This document shows positions 38,891 through 47,165 of a stretch of 57,015 nt of DNA, piece after piece. How positions within the stretch are numbered: position 1 is the first letter of the stretch; every line of letters starts with the position of its first letter. The position numbers were made by a program, and so were the translations under genes. The DNA comes from a virus. Taxonomy: Duplodnaviria > Heunggongvirae > Uroviricota > Caudoviricetes. A model generated the notes under the pieces. The model did no database searches. It worked only from the letters and a program-made list of their open reading frames with translations, and had not been told where the DNA came from. The stretch is taken from the IMG/VR virus record IMGVR_UViG_2522572023_000010. One strand, written 5' to 3'.

Positions 38891-39817
38891 ATGAAAGTTA
38901 GAAGCATAGGATTTACAATAAATAACAATAACAAAAATATTAATACCGTTGACGTAATGAATGCTTTTATCAACGCATCAAACAGAGAACACAGTCGCAC
39001 AGACTATACTCGTAAAATTCTCATTTCGGATGTGAATGATTTCTATTATGGATTAGTTGTCACATTCAGAAACCAAAAAAAGAACTGTAAGTCGCAATTT
39101 GTTGATGGTAAATTCCAGCTTAAAATTGAAGATCTTCAAGGAAGTGACAAACTTGCTAATTTCAACTTTTTCTTAATTAAAAAATCTAATCTTTCTGGTC
39201 TCTATATGTATCACCACGGTTCATGCAGTCTGAACACTCTCTTTTCTCATTTAGAAACAATAAGTAATGAATTTATCAGAAATCAAAATAAAGAAGAAAT
39301 AAAAAAACTTGGTGATAAACCAAAACAAAAAGAAGTAACTGCAATAAATAAAAAATACAAAGAAAGACTGACTTTCAGCCTTATGACAAATAAAAACAAC
39401 ATTCAGAGTGTTTTATGTCAATTCAAAGAGATTAAAAGCACAAGCTTTAAATTTAATTATATAGATTTTAAAGGTGGACCAATGACTGCGCTTGAACAAT
39501 TTGTTAACACCACCACAATAGATATGAATTTTAATTCTAGCGACAGAACAAAAGTGCAACAACTATCTCAGAATCTTTCAAATATTTATAATTCTATGAG
39601 TGGAGTTGCTAAAGCACAGGTTATTGCAGTAAACCATGCAGGAATAGAAAAAACCATTGATTTTATGAACTGCCCTGTTTTTTTTGAAACATACGATTTC
39701 GATATAATTGCCGATAAAGTCAATGGATTGACAAACGATAATTATACAACAAACCCTGTTTTTGATATGATAAAAGAAGAAATGCTGAACGGGACGAATA
39801 AAAATGCCTTTATATGA
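38891..39817 (+). CDS. hypothetical 308-aa soluble protein, first gene of an AT-rich two-gene cassette (candidate defence or accessory system)
   Basis: Long ORF with Asn/Lys/Ile-rich, AT-rich coding sequence; TATAAT at 38807-38812 upstream; overlaps the next ORF by 14 nt. Confidence 0.65.
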   Translation: MKVRSIGFTINNNNKNINTVDVMNAFINASNREHSRTDYTRKILISDVNDFYYGLVVTFRNQKKNCKSQFVDGKFQLKIEDLQGSDKLANFNFFLIKKSNLSGLYMYHHGSCSLNTLFSHLETISNEFIRNQNKEEIKKLGDKPKQKEVTAINKKYKERLTFSLMTNKNNIQSVLCQFKEIKSTSFKFNYIDFKGGPMTALEQFVNTTTIDMNFNSSDRTKVQQLSQNLSNIYNSMSGVAKAQVIAVNHAGIEKTIDFMNCPVFFETYDFDIIADKVNGLTNDNYTTNPVFDMIKEEMLNGTNKNAFI

Positions 39818-40352
39818 ATGGCTAATAAATAAAAGATTGAGGTATCAGTACCTTACACTGCTTGCATTCTCGATCCTGGCATTGCTTGCACTTTACCTAT
39901 TGTACAGAAACACACCTAAAGTAAGTGTTAACTTTTTTGATTTTTATCATAAAAACTTACGAGGCTATCTCTTCTCCGGTTTTATTTCCGTGGGCTCATT
40001 TTTATTGAGCCTGCATACCTTTGTCATAATAAATTTACGCGATAAGGTTTTTGCAACTCAGGAATATAAGGAAATTTATAGCATTGCCACTGGTATACCT
40101 ATTGACAAAATCAATGATAGTGTACTTTATAAACCTTTAGACAATTTATCCTCATTTATTAATACATCAATATTATGTTCTATCACAACAGCAATTGCAC
40201 AATTCACTATTGGACTTTCAACTAATTTATATGCATGCTTATTTTGCGTATGGCTTGCAATACTAACGGTATTTCTTTTATTACATTGCCTCATCATAAT
40301 CAGACAAAATATTAAAATTTTATTAAAGCAACAGAGAAAAAAAGGGGGGTAA
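39804..40352 (+). CDS. hypothetical 182-aa membrane protein with about four hydrophobic helices, second gene of the cassette
   Basis: Hydrophobic segments LTLLAFSILALLALYLLY, GYLFSGFISVGSFLLSLHTFVII, SILCSITTAIAQFTIGL, LYACLFCVWLAILTVFLLL; start overlaps the upstream gene. Confidence 0.65.
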   Translation: MPLYEWLINKRLRYQYLTLLAFSILALLALYLLYRNTPKVSVNFFDFYHKNLRGYLFSGFISVGSFLLSLHTFVIINLRDKVFATQEYKEIYSIATGIPIDKINDSVLYKPLDNLSSFINTSILCSITTAIAQFTIGLSTNLYACLFCVWLAILTVFLLLHCLIIIRQNIKILLKQQRKKGG

Positions 40353-40364
40353 TTCCCCCTAATA

Positions 40365-40706
40365 TTACAACATTGAAAGCACACCATCCAGAAAACCAAG
40401 AGCTGTTTGCAACTCTTTTCTTATTGTCCCATCAGAACACTTCTGCTTCTTTGCAATAGTTCTTAGTGAGATGCCGATAACAAAATGAGCAATAACCAAC
40501 TCATACTCTTCGGGCTTATATTTCCGCAATCGCGCAACACAGCTGTCAATCATGATTCCTTCATCATCATCGCATTGTTGGCGTGTTTTCTTTCCATGAG
40601 GTAGTAAACCTTTAAACCCTGCAGCAACAGGCTGCCAGTCCACACCACTGTTATCTGCTGCAGCCCATGCACCCCAGCGGTCCAATACTTCATACATATC
40701 ACGCAT
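40365..40706 (-). CDS. Q: late-gene antiterminator Q (QuuD / phage 82-type)
   Basis: MRDMYEVLDRWGAWAA...VAAGFKGLLP...CDDDEGIMIDSCVARL...CSDGTIRK closely parallels DLP12 QuuD. Confidence 0.85.
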   Translation of the reverse strand: MRDMYEVLDRWGAWAAADNSGVDWQPVAAGFKGLLPHGKKTRQQCDDDEGIMIDSCVARLRKYKPEEYELVIAHFVIGISLRTIAKKQKCSDGTIRKELQTALGFLDGVLSML

Positions 40707-40723
40707 CAACTTTCTCCACAAAA

Positions 40724-41713
40724 TCAGGCCAGCACGCCAATTGCCAGTGCACGATCGATAAAACGAAATATCAGCTCCAGCTGGGAGCCATACTTCTCTT
40801 CAAATGCCACGGTATCCGCATGCAGCTCGTCGTGATGCTTTCTGCACAAAGGCAACACAAAGAGGTCATGCGCTTTTGTAGCCATTCCACCCTGACCGTG
40901 ACCTATCAGGTGGTGGGGATCATCAGCAGGTTTTCCACAACATGCGCACGGCTGCGTCTTAACCCATCGCGTGTACTTTTCATTAACCCAGCGGCGACGT
41001 TTTGGGCGTAACATAAAAGACTCCGGCGACTCCGGATCCACTTTCAGCGCCAGCACCTTTTTTGCCTTATCCTGGATGATGCTGGTGGCAGGAACCGAAG
41101 GCACAAGGTCACTTTCCCGGGTGACAGACGGCACAACAGGCTTCGGTAATCTCAGTGCCTTACGGGCTGCACTTTCCGGTAAGGCATCCGCCAGATCATT
41201 ACGAATCAGCCACCAGCACAGTTCCGGCATTGTCACAACGTGACTGTCATCAAAACCGAGATCCCGACGCACGACAGACAACACCCAGCGGGCACAGTTA
41301 TCCGTTGCCATTGACTCCAGCCGTTCCGTGAACTGATCACGCAGCTGGTTATCGCAGTGCCAGCACAGACGGATTGCGCCCGGCGCGTGTCGCATTGTGG
41401 TCATGTTCTCGCTGTGCCAGTCGGAATGAGGCCACTGACAGCCCTTTTCACGAAGTAACCAGCTTTCAAGGCATTCCACGCCACCAGCACGACGGATCAC
41501 TGCCTCATTGCGGAACACGGCCCGAACGACAGGATCATCCGCCAGCGGTTGTGATGCCGCCGGAACGGCACCACTGGCGAAAGATGAATAACGTTCCGGC
41601 TCAGGCTCCAGCAGGACACGCCCCTGCATAAACAGGGGCATCAGCTCTGAACCTAGCCTGAACAACACGATCCCCATACGTGGGGCAATTTCAGGGGGCA
41701 GTAGTGCTCTCAA
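40724..41713 (-). CDS. DUF968-type prophage protein with C-terminal HNH-like Cys/His cluster
   Basis: 329 aa; ...QPCACCGKPADDPHHLIGHGQGG...CRKHHDELH. Confidence 0.65.
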   Translation of the reverse strand: MRALLPPEIAPRMGIVLFRLGSELMPLFMQGRVLLEPEPERYSSFASGAVPAASQPLADDPVVRAVFRNEAVIRRAGGVECLESWLLREKGCQWPHSDWHSENMTTMRHAPGAIRLCWHCDNQLRDQFTERLESMATDNCARWVLSVVRRDLGFDDSHVVTMPELCWWLIRNDLADALPESAARKALRLPKPVVPSVTRESDLVPSVPATSIIQDKAKKVLALKVDPESPESFMLRPKRRRWVNEKYTRWVKTQPCACCGKPADDPHHLIGHGQGGMATKAHDLFVLPLCRKHHDELHADTVAFEEKYGSQLELIFRFIDRALAIGVLA

Positions 41714-41722
41714 CGTAGAACC

Positions 41723-42238
41723 TCACAGCACAATCTGTTTCAGTTTCTGTACCGCTTTCCCCATATCCGCCATAGCATCAACAAACTCATCAAATTTACG
41801 ACTTGCCATTCCATACGCCTGGAGGATTTCCAGTCTCAGAGGATCCAGTTGCTTTTTAATTTCCGCACGATCATTAAATTTCTTCTCTGCTTCTTCCGCA
41901 GCCCTGATCAGCTCCTCAGCATGCCTGCGTAATTCATCCGGAGTAACGGTCTTTTTAATCACAACGGGTTCCTCTGTTTTTACTGGTATTTCACTATTTA
42001 CTGCCTGATGTCCAAATTTAGGATGATGTAACGTTGTAGTTCTTCCATCATTCGCAACGACCAGAAGTCCACTGTCGCGGATAATGCCAATGAGTATCTC
42101 CTTATCCCTTTTATTCAGCAGACTGTACGCCTGCACTTTCTGTGATATCTGGGTCAGTGTTGCGCCTTCCGGCATTCGTTCAACAAAACGTTTAACCCTG
42201 GATAAAACTGGCTGCAGATGGGGTGGTGTAATTCTCAT
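41723..42238 (-). CDS. hypothetical nin-region protein (171 aa)
   Basis: ORF track; synteny. Confidence 0.5.
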   Translation of the reverse strand: MRITPPHLQPVLSRVKRFVERMPEGATLTQISQKVQAYSLLNKRDKEILIGIIRDSGLLVVANDGRTTTLHHPKFGHQAVNSEIPVKTEEPVVIKKTVTPDELRRHAEELIRAAEEAEKKFNDRAEIKKQLDPLRLEILQAYGMASRKFDEFVDAMADMGKAVQKLKQIVL

Positions 42239-42253
42239 GCTCCACGCCTCCCA

Positions 42254-43063
42254 TCAGTGAACGGTATCGAGCAGCTTTAACAGCTCAGGGAATCGGGATT
42301 CGAAGAAATGCGGCTGCGTCTCGCGCGGATTTGCAGGACTGGTGATGTTCTTGCCGAACATGCAGCCTTTCGCCGTCAGCGACCAGAATTTTTTGATGTT
42401 GTTAATCGCGGTACGGCTGTATCGTTCGCGTTGTTCAACGATCCCCAGCTTCGCCATCTGGTGATATGCCTGATTAGCCGTCAGGCGGATACCATATTGC
42501 TTCAGCAGTGCACTCAGCGACAGCGTGGGGCGACTTGAGCCATCAGGCGCGTCAGCAGGAGCATCAATGGCATAGCGCGGTGCCAGATTCGGTAAGCCAA
42601 CAGCCTCCTGGAGTTTCTGACAGGCACCAAGCACAGATGAGTTAGACAGGTTTAACTCCCGACGCATAAAGTCCAGCAGAATCACACCAGCCTGCATCTT
42701 GTCAGCAGCCTGCCCGGATAATTTTTCCGGTGCGCTGGTTACCATGTCGAAAGTACGGATCACCTTCAGATGGAATGACGGGCTGATCCACATTGCATAG
42801 GCATACACCAGTTCCTTACAGACATACGTTCCCCGTTCATTTCCCCCATGAATCACACTCACCGGGTCAACACCCAAATTCTGGGTGTTGGTCAATTCAT
42901 GAACAAGCTCAACAGTTTGTTGGCTGGAAAGAAACTTTCCTGGCTCCTTGGTTCTGGCATTTGCACCAGATGCTACTGCTGCGCGATGCAGATCGTTCAG
43001 GCTGTAACGCCCATAAGCATCACGACGAACTTCAATACCATCAATGACCATCAGATTATTCAT
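42254..43063 (-). CDS. KilA-N domain protein / antirepressor-like
   Basis: N-terminal MNNLMVIDGIEVRRDAYGRYSLNDLHRAA resembles a KilA-N domain. Confidence 0.65.
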   Translation of the reverse strand: MNNLMVIDGIEVRRDAYGRYSLNDLHRAAVASGANARTKEPGKFLSSQQTVELVHELTNTQNLGVDPVSVIHGGNERGTYVCKELVYAYAMWISPSFHLKVIRTFDMVTSAPEKLSGQAADKMQAGVILLDFMRRELNLSNSSVLGACQKLQEAVGLPNLAPRYAIDAPADAPDGSSRPTLSLSALLKQYGIRLTANQAYHQMAKLGIVEQRERYSRTAINNIKKFWSLTAKGCMFGKNITSPANPRETQPHFFESRFPELLKLLDTVH

Positions 43064-43082
43064 ACTTCGTTTCTCCTCTTAA

Positions 43083-43472
43083 TCAGGCGGCTGCACCCGC
43101 CGTTTTCTCGTACTTACTGATAGTGATCTCGACCTTCCCTTCCGGGATAACCGGTCCCCACTCCACCAGCATTCTTTTCACCTGGCTGTCGTCTTCCCAC
43201 ACACCCGCGTGTGTCAGGGCGTCAAACAGTGCCTTGTTATAGTTGTCCAGATCGCGGATCCTGTTATCAGGAGGAAACAACACGATCTCCACTGAAGCAG
43301 GTGCCGACGTTGGTTTTGGCAGACGACGTAACTGCTCAACTATTGCTGCACACGCCGCGCTCTGAAATTTTCGCCCCGCCGCGCTTATCAGGCTCTTACC
43401 AGCAAATGCCCCTTTGTTGGGGTGTCGCCAGTACGTGTTCACGCTGGGCGGGAAAGGCAGGATCAGCTTCAT
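43083..43472 (-). CDS. rusA: Holliday junction resolvase RusA
   Basis: 129 aa; PPSVNTYW...DLDNYNKALFDALTHAGVWEDDSQV matches RusA motifs. Confidence 0.85.
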   Translation of the reverse strand: MKLILPFPPSVNTYWRHPNKGAFAGKSLISAAGRKFQSAACAAIVEQLRRLPKPTSAPASVEIVLFPPDNRIRDLDNYNKALFDALTHAGVWEDDSQVKRMLVEWGPVIPEGKVEITISKYEKTAGAAA

Positions 43473-43795
43473 ACTTTCAGGCCTCTCTCATGTAACCAGT
43501 GAGTTGCACGCAGCCTTGCGTTTTCCTCACCGGCAAGCAGTGAGCGGATAATCCCGACCGCTTCGCTGTCGTCGTCCTTCACTGCGGTATGAAGCGTGAT
43601 CCCCCGGGCCACACCACGCTTTATCGTGATGACGCCTTTTTTCTCCAGTGCGCGAAGATGCTCCACCGCTGCATTCACTGAACGGTATCCCAGCATGGTT
43701 GCCACCTCCTGATTGGTTGGCGGGAAGCCACGTTCTTTCTGATAAGAAATCAGCATATCCAGCACCTGCTGCTGGCATTGAGTTAACGTCGTCAT
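43469..43795 (-). CDS. LexA N-terminal-like DNA-binding protein (no peptidase domain)
   Basis: 108 aa with winged-helix region ...FPPTNQEVATMLGYRSVNAAVEHLRALEKKGVI. Confidence 0.6.
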   Translation of the reverse strand: MTTLTQCQQQVLDMLISYQKERGFPPTNQEVATMLGYRSVNAAVEHLRALEKKGVITIKRGVARGITLHTAVKDDDSEAVGIIRSLLAGEENARLRATHWLHERGLKV

Positions 43796-44478
43796 GCCGC
43801 CATCTCCCTGACCAGTTTTTCTGCCTGCTGGCGAACCTGCGCCAGAAAGGCCTCACCACATGCCTCAAGTTCATCGCGCCCGATGTAGCTGATTGCCGGT
43901 CCCTTCCAGGTCTTGTCGAAAACAGCAATAGCACCAGCGAAGAAAGCGCCTGTCGGTACCTGCTTCTCGTCTTTCGGGATAAACCAGGCAGGCAGTTCAA
44001 AACCAATACGCCCTCGAATAAAAGCAATATGGTCCGCATCTTCCGGCCACCACACTTCGCTGGTGGCAGCTTTGATCAGGAAAACATAGCGCCCCCCCTT
44101 ATCACGCATGGCACTGGCATGTTTCATGATGTAACGCATGCCGGTGATGTATTGCCCCTCATGCTGACTGGCGCGGCTGTATGGGGGATTACCAAAGGCA
44201 GCCCCTTTAAGCTCCGCAAGACGTTCTGACCAGTCATGCGCCAGCGCGTTGTCTTCCGCCGTGTAATACGCAGCACATTTGGCGTTATCACCGTCAGTGA
44301 ACAGATCCAGAACAAACGGGCCAAACAGGGTGTTAATTCCCCAGAAAATGTTGTCCGGCGTGCGCCACTGATCGCCCACTTCCTTCAGTTCATGGGCTGG
44401 TTTGTTCCGCAGTTCCACCAGCGCCTGGCAATATTTATTACTCATTAAGCCCCCACGAAATTCCCTGACAGATACCAC
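43792..44478 (-). CDS. phage N6-adenine DNA methyltransferase (Dam-like)
   Basis: Catalytic motif FGNPPY; 228 aa. Confidence 0.8.
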   Translation of the reverse strand: MVSVREFRGGLMSNKYCQALVELRNKPAHELKEVGDQWRTPDNIFWGINTLFGPFVLDLFTDGDNAKCAAYYTAEDNALAHDWSERLAELKGAAFGNPPYSRASQHEGQYITGMRYIMKHASAMRDKGGRYVFLIKAATSEVWWPEDADHIAFIRGRIGFELPAWFIPKDEKQVPTGAFFAGAIAVFDKTWKGPAISYIGRDELEACGEAFLAQVRQQAEKLVREMAA

Positions 44479-44939
44479 TCTTCACCCGATGCAGCGCGCT
44501 TGCTGCTTTTCCGTAAGCACCGCTCACGACGTGCCAGAAAATTGTTTCGTTCTGGCTGGGAGTGGCTTTCACGGAATGCCGCCATCCACACCGTTGCAGC
44601 ACGACGGTATAAGCCCCTGGACTCCAGTTCTTCAGCCTGGCGGGTCAGGCACAAAATCACACGGGGATCGTTAGTGCCGACATAGAAATTGCGCACAGGT
44701 CTGGTTTCACGAACTGGTTGTGGTTCCGGTTCCTGCGCTCTCTCAGTCAGGCGCGGGAAATGTCTGCGTGTATCTCCTTCACAACGGTGAGCCACACGCC
44801 CACTCTGACGTAACTTGCTTGCTGACTGCAGAACGCGCTGCCGTGAGTAACCTGTAAAAGCATCCGCAATGTCTCCGGAAGTACACCCCGGATGGGCTTC
44901 AATGAATTTCTGAACGTCATTTAACAGACTCATGATCAC
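44445..44939 (-). CDS. PerC-like transcriptional regulator (HTH N-terminus plus PerC-type C-terminus)
   Basis: C-terminal LESRGLYRRAATVWMAAF resembles the PerC/Pch signature GLWRRAAxRW. Confidence 0.5.
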   Translation of the reverse strand: MIMSLLNDVQKFIEAHPGCTSGDIADAFTGYSRQRVLQSASKLRQSGRVAHRCEGDTRRHFPRLTERAQEPEPQPVRETRPVRNFYVGTNDPRVILCLTRQAEELESRGLYRRAATVWMAAFRESHSQPERNNFLARRERCLRKSSKRAASGEEWYLSGNFVGA

Positions 44940-45877
44940 CCCCTGAATCCTGCCGGGATCTGGCTGTAGTCCACGTTGTCGTAACTGGATTTGAAGTACG
45001 GGTCTTCGCGTTTTTCGGTGTACGTGCTGACGGACGGCGATAAGCGCAGGGAAAGCTCATCCCATTTTTCCCGCAGCTTCGACGGGCTGAGCACGTTACG
45101 GCACCAGAACGGATCGCGGCTGACGCGGCTGTACATCTCGCAGATTTGTTTGTGAGTACGACCATCCTGCACACACATAAGGCGAATTTCGTTTGCCCAG
45201 GCTGTCCAGTTCGGTTCTTTGGGACGAACCACCTCGCCGTCACATTCGGCGGCCTGCTCGTACAGGGCGATGATTTTTTTCCAGAGCCACTGTGCGCAGG
45301 TCAAATCATCCTGCGTTCCCCACTGGCGCTTTTTAGGGCTGAATACAACCGCATCAGGATGGCGAGTTAAAAACTCCTGTTCAGCCGTCTGCGTGTCCGG
45401 TTGCGAAGCGTCCGGACGAGAAGTTTTTTTATCTGACGGATCATGTTTTGATTTTACTGACGGATCCCCGCCAGATTCTGACGGGTGAAAACCCGCTTTT
45501 TTGCCAGATTTCGACGCATCAAATTTTGACTGGTCAGATTTTGATGCGTCAGATTTTGACGGGTCAGAATCTGACAGTTGAGAAAATGCCGCTGCCTGAA
45601 GCTTCGCAACGTTAAGCTGATAAACATTCGACGCATTGCGGTTACCCTGGCGACGCGCCTTACGCGTTAACCAGCCTTCTGCTTCCAGCCGTGCGATAGC
45701 CGTTCTGACGGTGCTCATCCCCGCACCAATCTGGCGGGCAATGGTTTCAATTGATGGCCAGCACACACCTTCGTCATTACTGAAATCAGCCAGGCGGGCC
45801 ATAATTGCCACGCTGGATAACTTCATGCCTGACGCAGCGCAACCATCCCATACATAGCCGGTTAATTTAGTGCTCAT
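44936..45877 (-). CDS. replication initiator (O-like, winged-helix N-terminus) with internal iteron origin
   Basis: N-terminal HTH region; central SKSDASKSDQSKFDASKSG repeats encoded by DNA iterons; position after the cro/cII-like genes. Confidence 0.75.
   Translation of the reverse strand: MSTKLTGYVWDGCAASGMKLSSVAIMARLADFSNDEGVCWPSIETIARQIGAGMSTVRTAIARLEAEGWLTRKARRQGNRNASNVYQLNVAKLQAAAFSQLSDSDPSKSDASKSDQSKFDASKSGKKAGFHPSESGGDPSVKSKHDPSDKKTSRPDASQPDTQTAEQEFLTRHPDAVVFSPKKRQWGTQDDLTCAQWLWKKIIALYEQAAECDGEVVRPKEPNWTAWANEIRLMCVQDGRTHKQICEMYSRVSRDPFWCRNVLSPSKLREKWDELSLRLSPSVSTYTEKREDPYFKSSYDNVDYSQIPAGFRG
45425..45590. repeat. iterons (about 7 copies of a 15-bp motif CAGATTTTGACGGGT) inside the replication gene; putative origin
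   Basis: cagattctgacgggt / cagatttcgacgcat / caaattttgactggt / cagattttgatgcgt / cagattttgacgggt / cagaatctgacag at regular spacing. Confidence 0.7.
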
Positions 45878-45886
45878 GACCGACCT

Positions 45887-46225
45887 CTATTTCCCTGAAT
45901 TTACGACGAAACTGTTCGAGCGGGCTGAAGCACTCATGCTCATAGCCTTCGCGGAGGTAGATAACCCGTTGTGTTTCCGGTTCCCAACGAATGACTCTGA
46001 CGGGCACTCCGTAGTGATCTTTGAACCAGCGGTTAACTTGTTGCAAAGGACTGTCTCCTTCTGCCGGTTGAAATCACCCACAGCCCACTCTGCAAAGCTG
46101 TGGGTTACAATTTCCCTGTCACCTGGTACATTCACCGCATAGCAATACTCCACCTTCGCTTTTCCACCCGGTACAGGAAGCGCAATCAGTTGCGAGCGAC
46201 GGTAGTGTGTTGTTAAACTGTTCAT
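45887..46225 (-). CDS. hypothetical protein (112 aa), translationally coupled to the upstream gene
   Basis: GGAG ribosome-binding site; ATGA start/stop overlap with the preceding gene. Confidence 0.45.
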   Translation of the reverse strand: MNSLTTHYRRSQLIALPVPGGKAKVEYCYAVNVPGDREIVTHSFAEWAVGDFNRQKETVLCNKLTAGSKITTECPSESFVGNRKHNGLSTSAKAMSMSASARSNSFVVNSGK

Positions 46226-46806
46226 GCGTTAGTTTCTCCACAACCAGAAGCAATCGACGCCACGACGCCCGGAGCTGCACACTCGCGGGCGTTACTCTTT
46301 TCCGGCGCACAAAAAACACGAAATAACAGTGTTAAATGCTCCTGCCACTTCGCCATTACTTGGTAGCTGTTCTCTTCGATTTGCTCACGCTCAGCCTGGT
46401 CAATAACTCCATCAGCAGTTGCCTTGCGTAAGTACTGGGAATGCTTGCCAATCCATTCTATTGACTCCATCAGCCGCTGATTAATGTCACCATTGTCAAT
46501 GTCATCAATGTCCACCAGCGGCACAAACACCCCATTACTACGACGCGCTATCGCATCCGTTACATGCCTGGTACCACTGGCATCCTGTAAAACCATGGCC
46601 CACTCAAGTGGAAAAATTTGATCCCCACCGCTACGCAGTCTGTTATGCAATTGATCTTTCGCTGGGGTGATATCATCAGATTTATACAAACCAAGAATTT
46701 CCGCTGCTTCCTCATAGCCATGAGGTAAATCAGCAATCGTTCTTCGTATTGCTGCCACCAGCCATGCTGGTTGCTTATCAACTTTCCATTCAGGTTCTTT
46801 ACCCAC
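46222..46806 (-). CDS. hypothetical early regulator in the cII position (194 aa)
   Basis: ORF immediately downstream of the cro-like gene; no motif recognised. Confidence 0.5.
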   Translation of the reverse strand: MGKEPEWKVDKQPAWLVAAIRRTIADLPHGYEEAAEILGLYKSDDITPAKDQLHNRLRSGGDQIFPLEWAMVLQDASGTRHVTDAIARRSNGVFVPLVDIDDIDNGDINQRLMESIEWIGKHSQYLRKATADGVIDQAEREQIEENSYQVMAKWQEHLTLLFRVFCAPEKSNARECAAPGVVASIASGCGETNA

Positions 46807-46834
46807 GGTTCATTCCTCGTTTCTGTGGTTACGT

Positions 46835-47098
46835 TTACGCAGTTGAACCGCTAACTTTTGAATAGCACTCAGGTAATCCATCATTTGGATTGGGGTAAAT
46901 ATCAGGACGCAGTTCATGAGGGGTCACGGACCAGTTTCCCAACTCACAAAGTTGTAAAACCCGTTCTGACGGGACTTGATTGTTAATTACCCAATTGGCG
47001 ACGGATTGAGTGGACTTAAAACCAAAGCGACGGGCTACTTCAGATAAAGACTTTCCCGCAGCCTTTACTGCTTTCTCTGTGTAGTTTTGAGATGACAT
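46835..47098 (-). CDS. cro: Cro-like (YdaS-type) helix-turn-helix regulator
   Basis: 87 aa; HTH LSEVARRFGFKSTQSVANWV; divergent from the repressor gene; GAGGAGAAAGG ribosome-binding site. Confidence 0.75.
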   Translation of the reverse strand: MSSQNYTEKAVKAAGKSLSEVARRFGFKSTQSVANWVINNQVPSERVLQLCELGNWSVTPHELRPDIYPNPNDGLPECYSKVSGSTA

Positions 47099-47104
47099 AC
47101 CTTT

Positions 47105-47165
47105 CTCCTCTGAAATTCAGAGGGATGATGCTACTTAAAATAGCAAATTGCAACTACTTAAAATA
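47105..47165. promoter_or_regulatory. right operator/promoter region (OR-like) between cro and cI
   Basis: Perfect 17-bp palindrome CCTCTGAAATTCAGAGG (47107-47123) and two copies of GCTACTTAAAATAGC-like near-palindromes (47131-47145, 47151-47165). Confidence 0.6.

Noticed and set aside
38891-40352. Assignment of the two-gene cassette to Kiwa (KwaA/KwaB)
   Set aside because: Only the size pair and the 4-helix membrane partner are similar; gene order is reversed relative to Kiwa as I recall it, and I cannot verify any sequence signature without a profile search, so the cassette is left unassigned.
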